Assembly: GCA_020346825.1 (NCBI GenBank)
Contig: CP070791.1
Span: 920,463 to 961,489, forward strand
Length of the DNA stretch: 41,027 bases
Direction of reading: 5' to 3'
Source: Candidatus Bathyarchaeota archaeon
GTDB taxonomy: Archaea > Thermoproteota > Bathyarchaeia > Bathyarchaeales > Bathyarchaeaceae
Shown: positions 30,671 to 38,921 of the stretch, one piece after another
Layout of the letters: the number at the start of each line of letters is the position of its first letter
How positions within the stretch are numbered: the stretch's first letter is position 1
Program-made: the position numbers and the translations under genes
Notes under the pieces: generated by a model
What the model was told of the DNA's origin: nothing
Database searches by the model: none
The model's input: only the letters and a program-made list of their open reading frames with translations

Positions 30671-31488
30671 TTTTTCTTCACTTTTTTCAATTGATTGGAG
30701 AAATCCTTAATCTTTTGGTTAAGAATTTTGAGGGCTTCAAGCACGATTCGTTCAATCGGAAGACCGCCGTTGGATTCGATTCTAAAAACGAAAGCCTCTT
30801 TGTTCCAAGATATTTCGATGGGTGGCGGATTTTGTGGACAAGCATCCACACAATCCATGCAAAGGGTGCATTTAATCACATTCTGGGTTCCTATTCCTTC
30901 CTCAATGTCTACAAGAACCCTTTCAGGGCATAGCTTTACGCATTCGGCACATGCATTACATCGTTCTAAATCGATTTTGATTTGTGGCAGATACTTGTAG
31001 GTACACATGGAGACCGGCTGCCATTTCGCGTGATCTTTTCCCTTACCTAGTCGAGCGTATGCTTCCAATTTTATTTTTTGTTCAGGAGCCAGCTTTACTA
31101 TTTGGATCTTTCCGCTAACGGGTGTGATGTCTGGGTTCTCTGACTTCAAATCCCTAGAGTGAACCGTTATCGTTTTCTCCGTGGCTTCAGCTTCTAGAGT
31201 CAAAGTAAGGCGACAAAGGTTGCATCCAAACTCGCTTTTGCATGTACACTCCTCGGGAAGATTGTAGGAATCTAGATCTGTTCCAAGAGGAATGAATCCC
31301 ATTCTATGAGCTAGAATCTCGTCGTTAATCATGGAAGAATTTTCGAGGATAACCACTTCGTCTATGGCCATGGCAGGGACTTCAGAAGTCATGATTCTGC
31401 GCAAAGCGTTTACGAAGGGCACATTAACTCCTTTGACAATGAATCGCATGTAATCCTTAGTTTTTTCAAGGATTTCAATCTCTACCAC
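30667..31488 (-). CDS. rpoD: RNA polymerase subunit D (Rpo3) with ferredoxin-like Fe-S insert
   Basis: NALRR, ENSS..DEILAHR, GKDHAKWQP, CNACAECVKLCP and CTLCMDCVDACP; GTG 31488 with GAGGT SD. Confidence 0.95.
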   Translation of the reverse strand: MVEIEILEKTKDYMRFIVKGVNVPFVNALRRIMTSEVPAMAIDEVVILENSSMINDEILAHRMGFIPLGTDLDSYNLPEECTCKSEFGCNLCRLTLTLEAEATEKTITVHSRDLKSENPDITPVSGKIQIVKLAPEQKIKLEAYARLGKGKDHAKWQPVSMCTYKYLPQIKIDLERCNACAECVKLCPERVLVDIEEGIGTQNVIKCTLCMDCVDACPQNPPPIEISWNKEAFVFRIESNGGLPIERIVLEALKILNQKIKDFSNQLKKVKKK

Positions 31489-31641
31489 AGTTAAACCTCT
31501 TTTTTCAATCACTCACAAACGCTTGTGCTTTTCAAAGGAGAAAAAGGCATTATTTCAATATTTTGGTTCTCTGGAGAAGTGGATAATATTTTTCAGCTGC
31601 CTATTTTTTGGCTTTTCCATTCTCTTTTAGAGGCCAACTTG

Positions 31642-32037
31642 CTAAACTCTACGCCCTCTGCGTCCTCCTTTCCTTCTCGTTCCATCATGTGGAATTGGTG
31701 TCACCTCTTCGATGCGACCTATGCGGAATCCCGCCCTCGCCAAGGCGCGTATAGCGGCTTGAGCCCCTGGACCAGGTGTTCTGGCTCCTGACCCTCCCGG
31801 CGCTCGAACTTTCACATGTATGGCAGTTACTCCCTTGTCTCTGGCGATGGAAGCAGCGTGACGTGCAGCTCGCATAGCAGCATAGCCCGACGATTCCAAC
31901 CGATCTGCCTTAACGTGCATTCCCCCTGAAGCTCTCGCAATGGTTTCTGCACCTGATACATCAGTGAAATGGATGATAGTGTTATTGTAGGAGCTATAAA
32001 CGTGAACAACCGCCCATCTCTCAGCTTTCTTACTCAC
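31642..32037 (-). CDS. rps11: 30S ribosomal protein S11
   Basis: [31 protein letters not shown]. Confidence 0.97.
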   Translation of the reverse strand: MSKKAERWAVVHVYSSYNNTIIHFTDVSGAETIARASGGMHVKADRLESSGYAAMRAARHAASIARDKGVTAIHVKVRAPGGSGARTPGPGAQAAIRALARAGFRIGRIEEVTPIPHDGTRRKGGRRGRRV

Positions 32038-32594
32038 AACTTTTCCCCCTCAACCTTTGATTTTGCCTTGGCTGCAACGTTTTCAGATTTTCGCTGAGGA
32101 TAATTGGTGTCTGAAAAGGGGCTCTTTGCAGCATAAGCTATTCTCGCTTCTTCTTCTTTAGGAACTAGGTAGCTTGGAGAGGACACGCGCCTCCCTGCGA
32201 TGGCAACATGTCCATGCGTGACAAGCTGACGAGCTTGATATACAGACTTTGCTAATCCCTTCTGAAAAACGAGCGTCTGGAGTCTACGTTCAAGTATGTC
32301 CTCCAAAGATAAATCCAAAACATCATCCAGAGCAGCTGTATCTGGCAGAATCCCCAGACGATCAAGCCTGTCCAGAAGTTGTTTTTCCGTTATTTTCCGT
32401 TCTTCAACAGACTTGCCCAAGAGTGATCGAGCTATTCCTCGATATTTTGAGAGCAACGTTTTGTGGTGCCAAATTTCTCTCTTGTTTCGCAACCCGTATT
32501 GACCTAGCAACTTGAGTTCGGTTTCCAGTATGTCAGTTCGCCAAGGAAACCTCGGTGATTCAAATTTCTTTCGTTGTTTTCTAGGGTCCCCCAT
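32034..32594 (-). CDS. rps4: 30S ribosomal protein S4
   Basis: [32 protein letters not shown]. Confidence 0.97.
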   Translation of the reverse strand: MGDPRKQRKKFESPRFPWRTDILETELKLLGQYGLRNKREIWHHKTLLSKYRGIARSLLGKSVEERKITEKQLLDRLDRLGILPDTAALDDVLDLSLEDILERRLQTLVFQKGLAKSVYQARQLVTHGHVAIAGRRVSSPSYLVPKEEEARIAYAAKSPFSDTNYPQRKSENVAAKAKSKVEGEKL

Positions 32595-33052
32595 TACTTC
32601 TTCCGCACCTGTTTTTTCCTGACACCCATTGCCTTACCCTTCCTACCTGTTGTTCTTGTTCGTTGCCCCCGCACCTTCAACCCATGGCTGTGACGAAAAC
32701 CTTTCCAAGATCTCATTTTTTTCATCTGATCTATGTCGGTTTTTGTCCGGAGCACTAGGTCAGAGCTTATTAGATGGTCATTGATGCCGGTTTCTCTGTC
32801 CTTTTGGCGATTCAGAAACCAATCAGGCATACCGTATTTTGTAGGTTTTTCTATTATCTCTTCTATTTTTTTAACCTCGGCGTCGGAGAGGAAGCCCATT
32901 CGAGTTTCTGGATTGATGCTAGCTCTTTCTATGATGGTAGTGGCTAATCTTGTTCCTACTCCCTTAATGTTTGTCAGCGCGTAGACTACTGGTTGCGTTC
33001 CGTCTAGATCAGTGCCGGCAATCCGTATGATATGTTGAAACTCTCTGGACAT
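32594..33052 (-). CDS. rps13: 30S ribosomal protein S13
   Basis: ALTNIKGVG, WFLNRQKD, GLKVRGQRTRTTGR. Confidence 0.97.
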   Translation of the reverse strand: MSREFQHIIRIAGTDLDGTQPVVYALTNIKGVGTRLATTIIERASINPETRMGFLSDAEVKKIEEIIEKPTKYGMPDWFLNRQKDRETGINDHLISSDLVLRTKTDIDQMKKMRSWKGFRHSHGLKVRGQRTRTTGRKGKAMGVRKKQVRKK

Positions 33053-33404
33053 TTTGGTTTTTCACGTCTCTTTTGAACTAACTACGGAAGTGATTTGCAT
33101 TTTATTTAAGCTTTCCTTTGTCAGCATCAGTTCTTCGATGAAGACAAAAGTCTTCGTCCCTACCGTCCTATCCGAAATGCTAAGGCGCGGCGCATTCTTC
33201 CGTTACAAGAATATGTCGAACTTCGATATGTCATTAGTAGGAGTGTGAAAAGGTATTACATGCATGCGACGTGCTTGCACACTTTAACGTAGAAGAAGAT
33301 TATTGATGCGTGCACGCATGAATTATTCCTTGTCTTGGAACATTTTGTGGAGGGAACACTCCTTTTAGGGTTTCAAGTTCTGTTTATTAGATAAGTGTCA
33401 GAAA

Positions 33405-33638
33405 ATGCGAGTGCAGTCGTTGTTAAGAAGAACTTGGAACATGTTTTCTGGTCAACACGTCTGCGCGCATCAAAAAGAGACACCGCTGGCTAAACTCGGT
33501 GCGAAGAAAGGAAGAGGTTCTTCAAAGTGCCTTTATTTTTTTGGATATTTGACGAGTCTCTATAAGGAAATCCCTATCCCGCAAGAATGCCTAACTTGCA
33601 AAGAAATTTTGGAATGCAGAGACATATGGAGTACCTAA
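33405..33638 (+). CDS. Small Cys-rich hypothetical protein (possible metal-binding module; N-terminus uncertain)
   Basis: C-terminal CLYFFGYL...PIPQECLTC..ILEC pattern. Confidence 0.5.
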   Translation: MRVQSLLRRTWNMFSGQHVCAHQKETPLAKLGAKKGRGSSKCLYFFGYLTSLYKEIPIPQECLTCKEILECRDIWST

Positions 33639-33748
33639 TCTGGCGCACTTGAAGTTGACTGCAGGTATACCTGAAGACCAGTAAGCCAAATCAACAGGAG
33701 AAAGCGCGCGCACTGAAAAACTAACGTGTCAAGGCTAATGCATGCATG

Positions 33749-34114
33749 TTAGTTTTTTGTCCTCTTCTTCAACCATGTTGCCACTTGTCTTAGATATGGA
33801 ATCGAAGTCTGGTCAATAATTGGGACTTCCAGTGCGCCTATCTTTTTTATAGATTGATATTCAGGCATAGATGAAAACAATACTGAAGCTAGGTACATTG
33901 TGCCTTTCAACGCTTGTTCAATTATTGCGTCATTTTCTGGGTGATAAGGTATAGCAAGAAACACAATTCCTTCTGCCCAGTTTAATGCTACTGGGTGTCC
34001 AGATCTTGCCATCAATTCTACCCTTTTGAAGAACTCCGTATTAGAGAACTCTGCACACTCCAAAATGATGATCTTCCTAGTCGGCTGAAAAGTGATTTCA
34101 ATCTCATCTTCCAT
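33749..34114 (-). CDS. Hypothetical protein
   Basis: 121-aa globular ORF with GAGGG SD-like site; LNWAEG and VPIID motifs. Confidence 0.75.
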   Translation of the reverse strand: MEDEIEITFQPTRKIIILECAEFSNTEFFKRVELMARSGHPVALNWAEGIVFLAIPYHPENDAIIEQALKGTMYLASVLFSSMPEYQSIKKIGALEVPIIDQTSIPYLRQVATWLKKRTKN

Positions 34115-34249
34115 TCCAATATCCCTCAGTTACATGTATGGTAGGTTATCCTTCTGATCTTACAACTCTAACAGTTGCTTTCTTAAATCTTTAGTACACC
34201 TTGAACTGTAGTGACTGTGAGGATTAGAAGGAGAAAGGAGGTGGTATCT

Positions 34250-34522
34250 TTGAGGTTAAGGAAGTGTGCGATGAAACGTGAAGAGATAGTGAATTCTGGT
34301 GGTGCACATTGCGATGGAGGATTTGTTTTCTGGGTACTCGGATTAACATTCGCTACTTTGGGAGTTGCTAGTGATGCTATGAACATCAGTCTAGTCTTAG
34401 AATCAACATCTTGGTTATTACTGTCAATCGTATTTTGTTTATCAGGCATAGCTAGTTGGATGGCTTGGATGCTAGCTGTGCACCTAGATGCTATCAAAGG
34501 AAAAAGCAAAAAAGGGGAGTAA
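34250..34522 (+). CDS. Small two-TM membrane protein
   Basis: Strong SD GGAGGTG before TTG 34250; two hydrophobic helices; T-run after the stop. Confidence 0.6.
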   Translation: MRLRKCAMKREEIVNSGGAHCDGGFVFWVLGLTFATLGVASDAMNISLVLESTSWLLLSIVFCLSGIASWMAWMLAVHLDAIKGKSKKGE

Positions 34523-34628
34523 GTATACCCTCTCTTTTTTCTGTTCTCGCTAACAAACAATCAAAAACCAGTAGAATGCATGTGGTGTTAACTCTTTTAC
34601 AAGTAATAGAAACGTGAAGGATGGGGTA

Positions 34629-34736
34629 CTAGTCTCTTTTCTCTGATTTTGGTCTTCCTATCCATCTTGGGGTTCTATTCATGTATTCTCTATAGGTATC
34701 TCCATACTTCTCGAGAAGAATGCGTTCTTCCCCAGG
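34629..34736 (-). pseudogene. 3' remnant of an isoprenylcysteine carboxylmethyltransferase (ICMT/PEMT)-family gene
   Basis: Hand translation: PGEERILLEKYGDTYREYMNRTPRWIGRPKSEKRD*, matching the EE..L...YG..Y..Y....PRW C-terminal signature; upstream membrane domain absent. Confidence 0.78.
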
Positions 34737-34749
34737 CGCGCGCGCGCGC
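34736..34749. repeat. (GC)7 dinucleotide tract
   Basis: GCGCGCGCGCGCGC read directly. Confidence 0.95.
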
Positions 34750-34868
34750 AAGCGTGAAAAGAGCTTCTTTCCTTAAGATACATATAATTATTCGTTTTCG
34801 ATAGATTAAAATCTATGATGTTTTCTTTCTTGATGTCGATTGGACAGAAAATGTGAGTGCGTATCGTC

Positions 34869-35729
34869 ATGGTCAAAGAAGCCTTTCCCATAATTCATCC
34901 CAAAATCAAACTTGAAATAAAGCTGGAAAAGGTGGAAAACCTACACATCCACGAGGAGGTAATACCGCATATCCTTCACAAACTCACTGAGGACATAAGA
35001 GCAGATAACCTCTTTAAGCATCCAGTAATAGTGGATTCAAAAACGCTTGTTGTGCTCGACGGAATGCATCGAGTCGCCGCAACCAAAAACCTTGGATGTC
35101 GCTTCATACCAGTCTGTCTGGTTGAATATGACAATCCTCATATAAAGGTAGGTTGTTGGTGTCGCGTGATAAATCACTCTTCGAACCTTAAGAAACTCGT
35201 GAGGTCCATTAGAGAAACAGGATATGTCGTTGAAGAATGTCAAGGAGAGAAAGCTCGCAAACTGGTTAATGAAAGAAAAGCAATAGCGGCAATCATGGCA
35301 TCCTCCAAATGTTTTGCTGTGTACGGACCTCAAAAGAACATCAGAGAAATCTACGAAGCGATAAAGCAAATAGAACTGAAACTCGGATCTCACGGGTATT
35401 CGATAAGTTATGACACGGAAAGTGACGCTCAAAAAAAAGTGTCATCAGGAAACACTCTTTCCATGCTTATGGCGCCTAGTGTCTCGAAAAAGGATGTAGT
35501 AGAAGTGGCGTTGAAGAGAGAAGTTTTCGCCCACAAAACAACACGTCACGTAATCCCTGTACGTCCCCTCTTTGTGAATGTTCCCCTCGAAATGCTGAAG
35601 GGCACATTAACCCTCAAGAAAGTCAACGAAATTCTAGTGGAAAATCTGACCAAAAAACAGATTACGCGCCTTCCTCCAGGCCAAATCATAGATCGCCGTT
35701 ATGAGGAAGAACTTTACGTCTTCGAATGA
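34869..35729 (+). CDS. serK: ParB/Srx-fold free L-serine kinase (SerK/SbnI-like)
   Basis: HIHEE (catalytic Glu region), LDGMHR, KVGCW, SKKDVVEVALKREVFAHKTTRHVIP, matching the SerK C-terminal motif as I recall it. Confidence 0.72.
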   Translation: MVKEAFPIIHPKIKLEIKLEKVENLHIHEEVIPHILHKLTEDIRADNLFKHPVIVDSKTLVVLDGMHRVAATKNLGCRFIPVCLVEYDNPHIKVGCWCRVINHSSNLKKLVRSIRETGYVVEECQGEKARKLVNERKAIAAIMASSKCFAVYGPQKNIREIYEAIKQIELKLGSHGYSISYDTESDAQKKVSSGNTLSMLMAPSVSKKDVVEVALKREVFAHKTTRHVIPVRPLFVNVPLEMLKGTLTLKKVNEILVENLTKKQITRLPPGQIIDRRYEEELYVFE

Positions 35730-35735
35730 ACCACA

Positions 35736-36164
35736 TTAGGTTGGAGGCCTCCTTGTTGTCCATTCTGGAACATGTGCCTCTGAAATCGAATCCAGTCTTG
35801 GAATGTACGGTTTTATGTCAATTATCGGAGAATTCTGAAGCGCGTCTAACCCCTTCAAAGTTAGAATGCATCCTTTTTTTTCCAGAAGTTCGGTGACACA
35901 GAGCCCAACAGGGTTTGGTCGACTAGGACTTCTTGACGCAAAAACGCCAACCTCCGGAGCACTTGGATGCCTTCTAGGAACAACTTTTAGGACGCTACGC
36001 TCCTTTTCGTTGTCCCGCACATGAAACCAATATACAATGATGACATAAGAAAAATCGTCGAGATGTTGTAGACCTCTGCAAAATTCTGGAAAAACTTTTA
36101 CCTTCGATAACTCGCCTGCACTCTCAACCCTGCCAATGAATTTGAGTTGGCCTTCTTTGACCAT
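35736..36164 (-). CDS. trmO: tRNA (t6A37) N6-methyltransferase TrmO/TsaA family
   Basis: YWFH, GVFASRSPSRPNPVGL, GLDA..SPIIDIKPY. Confidence 0.9.
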   Translation of the reverse strand: MVKEGQLKFIGRVESAGELSKVKVFPEFCRGLQHLDDFSYVIIVYWFHVRDNEKERSVLKVVPRRHPSAPEVGVFASRSPSRPNPVGLCVTELLEKKGCILTLKGLDALQNSPIIDIKPYIPRLDSISEAHVPEWTTRRPPT

Positions 36165-36299
36165 TTAAGCCTCTCCAACAACATAATATCAAACACGCTG
36201 AAAAAGGAGTTGCCCTTGTCATGCGAGCAAGCTGCTTGCCATGAATCTTGACCAAACATACAAAACTGATAAAAACCCATTGGCTTCTTACTAGGATTT

Positions 36300-37193
36300 A
36301 TGCAAAGCCCTATCTTTTCAGTGATAACAACAGGAAAGGGAGAAAAAGACAGGAAGGCCCTTGAAGAAGCGTTTGGCAACTGGGAAATCGCAAAAAAGGT
36401 TTTCGAAGGAGAAAGTGGGAAGAGCAAAGCAATCGAATTCATAGTTGTCGATGCCGGAGAAAACGCGGAATTTCCCGAAATAAAAGACTCGACAACGATT
36501 TCTCCAAAAGAATATGACACGTATAGAAGCGGACTTTGGAACTCTGGGGTCATCAAATATTCATGGTGGGACTCTCCCGCAATAGGACGAAATCTGGGTT
36601 TTAGGCATGCAAAAGGACGAATAATCGTCTTTCACGACATCGACTCTCTTTTTTCCACAGGAACCGAAATTGATGATGACTACTTGTTCTCTGAACTAGA
36701 TGAATATGATAATTATTTCAAAATGATGTATTACGCATTTAGAAGGAAAGACGTTGTTGCTACGGTTCCGTCTTTGAGACCGCGAGATCGTCTTAATTTG
36801 GGAAGAAGATTCGGAATTATGGGATTAAACTTCCTGACTCGCCTTTCCCTCAAATTTCCAACAATCAAAATATATGGCATCCCGGTAGTTGGACCAAGCG
36901 TTCCCGGATGCAGCATAGCCCTGTCATCCGATGTTGTCCGCAAAATGTCAAATAATGGAAGTGGACCCTACGATCCCGAGTTGGGAGTCGCAGAAGATCA
37001 AAAAATCTCAAGGTTAACAGCAACATTTGGACGGGTTTCCTACGAAAAAAAGGCGGGGGTCTTCACGAGAACTCAGAACAGGGTTAGCGGCGGTTTTGAC
37101 ATTGCGAAGTCTCTGGGATACGCGTTTAAAGGAGCGACCTATTACATGTTTCCTGATCTCTTCAAGTACCACAGACACTCCCTAACCATCTGA
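36300..37193 (+). CDS. Divergent glycosyltransferase family 2 (GT-A fold)
   Basis: FSVII, EFIVVD, GRNLGFRHAKG.IIVFHDID (DxD), ED acceptor motif. Confidence 0.75.
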   Translation: MQSPIFSVITTGKGEKDRKALEEAFGNWEIAKKVFEGESGKSKAIEFIVVDAGENAEFPEIKDSTTISPKEYDTYRSGLWNSGVIKYSWWDSPAIGRNLGFRHAKGRIIVFHDIDSLFSTGTEIDDDYLFSELDEYDNYFKMMYYAFRRKDVVATVPSLRPRDRLNLGRRFGIMGLNFLTRLSLKFPTIKIYGIPVVGPSVPGCSIALSSDVVRKMSNNGSGPYDPELGVAEDQKISRLTATFGRVSYEKKAGVFTRTQNRVSGGFDIAKSLGYAFKGATYYMFPDLFKYHRHSLTI

Positions 37194-37306
37194 CGGATGG
37201 TTCACACAAGAAACAATTATTATTCTTGCAACTATTTCTTCAGCTATGCAGTGGATTATAAATACTCAGTTGAATCAAATGACTTAGATGAATTTAGGTG
37301 AAAAAG

Positions 37307-37669
37307 ATGCCTTATTGCCCGAAATGTGGTGCAGAAGTTAGCGAAGAAATGAGATTTTGCACAAAATGCGGTGCAACCCTAGGGCTCCTATCTCCACGAG
37401 AGCTGAGGGAAAAGGAGGAAAAACATGAGAAACGGGAGAAATCCGAAAAGGTGGAGAAACATGAAAAAGGAGAGTATGGTTACCTCGGCCCGTTGATAGG
37501 TGGTCTAGTCTTGGTAGTTATGGGTTTAATGGCTTATCTACATGCAATTAGTCCTACATATGCTCGCAGCTGGGGGGCCGTCCTTCTCATAGTAGTTGGG
37601 GTAATTATCGTTGTCGTTGCGATTAATGCCGCGAAGACTGCTGCTAAGCGAAGTCCCAAGCCTCCATAG
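37307..37669 (+). CDS. Zinc-ribbon membrane protein with EK-rich linker
   Basis: CPKCG...FCTKCG, EKEEKHEKREKSEKVEKHEK, two C-terminal TM helices. Confidence 0.82.
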   Translation: MPYCPKCGAEVSEEMRFCTKCGATLGLLSPRELREKEEKHEKREKSEKVEKHEKGEYGYLGPLIGGLVLVVMGLMAYLHAISPTYARSWGAVLLIVVGVIIVVVAINAAKTAAKRSPKPP

Positions 37670-37678
37670 TCTTCGGCT

Positions 37679-38818
37679 CTAGAGAAACCATCCTAATAGA
37701 AGTCTGTACAGCTTGTGCTCTAGGATGGTTAAGGTTTTGGCTCTTCCGAAGACGCGGAAATAATTGTGTCCCATGGCTTCAATCATATCTCCGATGTCGT
37801 ATCTGGGAAAAAGACAAGATGAGATGATGAGTCTCCCCCATTCGCCTCTCTTGAGTTCATAGAGCATTTTCATGTCTTTGCTCGTTTCCACCTCGAAATA
37901 ATACTTGTCATAGTTTGGAGTGATGTAAGGCAAATCATCGAGTTGTTGCGCGAAGACACCCTCAGTAGCACTATACATTTCAACTATTGGAATCTCGCCG
38001 AAGTGTTTTCTGAGGATGGGGCCATACTTGAATTGTATCTTTCGGACACTAGTACATATTAGTGCGCGAAATTTCCACAGTTCCTTGGGTTCTCTTCCAT
38101 ACCTCTTCTTAAGGTATCTGCCGAAGGACAAGATAACTGGAGTAACGCCTATGGCAGCAACTACCGGCTCATTTAATGCCCGCTCATGAACAAGGTCAAA
38201 CCTCCTTTCCCAATCTGGTTTTGTGATTCCAGGGCCGAGAGCATCAATCTCTTCCTGTCGTGGTAGGAGACTAACTTGATTCAAAATAGGGTTGAGTTTT
38301 GCGTAGGTTCCTGAACTGTATCCGTAAGTAATCTTACATCCATCTGAGTCTATTGTGGACACCATTGAAGGGAAGTTGAGGTTTAACATCTTCCCAGTTA
38401 AAATCTCCAAGTCATCTTTTCTTAAGGCGTGGTTGACAAGTGCCCGAGCCCCACAGACAAAGATTTGCTCAATGTGCGTCTTCGTGACAGGGAAAACTTT
38501 GGCTTGACCAGTAGAGCCTCGCGTCATAACCCAGCATACCGGTGGTTCAGACAGGATAATTGTCTCGTTACCTCTTTGAACTTCTTCAAAGTATGGAACT
38601 AGTCCTTTGTAATTCACCTTTGGGAAGTTCTTACGAAAATCAGCAGCTCCTTCGACGTTGAAGGCACCATGGTTCTTTCCGTATAGGGTCTTTGCATACC
38701 CTTCAACTAGATTCTTTAGAACTTTCTGTTGTGCTTCAGCTGGATTCTGCAAGGCTTCATACCAAGGACTAACTATTTCCTGCAAGAAGCTTGCGCCAGT
38801 TCTCGCTGATAGGTTCAT
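37679..38818 (-). CDS. GH3-family acyl-adenylating enzyme (short form)
   Basis: TRGSTG..K.FP (motif I), YSATEG (II), RYDIGD (III), FGR hinge. Confidence 0.8.
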   Translation of the reverse strand: MNLSARTGASFLQEIVSPWYEALQNPAEAQQKVLKNLVEGYAKTLYGKNHGAFNVEGAADFRKNFPKVNYKGLVPYFEEVQRGNETIILSEPPVCWVMTRGSTGQAKVFPVTKTHIEQIFVCGARALVNHALRKDDLEILTGKMLNLNFPSMVSTIDSDGCKITYGYSSGTYAKLNPILNQVSLLPRQEEIDALGPGITKPDWERRFDLVHERALNEPVVAAIGVTPVILSFGRYLKKRYGREPKELWKFRALICTSVRKIQFKYGPILRKHFGEIPIVEMYSATEGVFAQQLDDLPYITPNYDKYYFEVETSKDMKMLYELKRGEWGRLIISSCLFPRYDIGDMIEAMGHNYFRVFGRAKTLTILEHKLYRLLLGWFL

Positions 38819-38921
38819 AAATAGTCACAGAGAGAGGGTGATCAGAGCCTAGTTTCGAAACTAATCCTTAAAACTATTATGACCTGTAGTAAATACCTAC
38901 GCGGGTGGGAGGTGCAAGACC

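Noticed and set aside
33053..33404. tRNA gene upstream of rps13, as in some archaea
   Set aside because: No T-loop (TTCRAAT) or cloverleaf found
34679..34891. 70-aa minus-strand ORF containing ARARAR-like sequence
   Set aside because: Produced by the GC tract; the real signal (ICMT remnant) is in another frame
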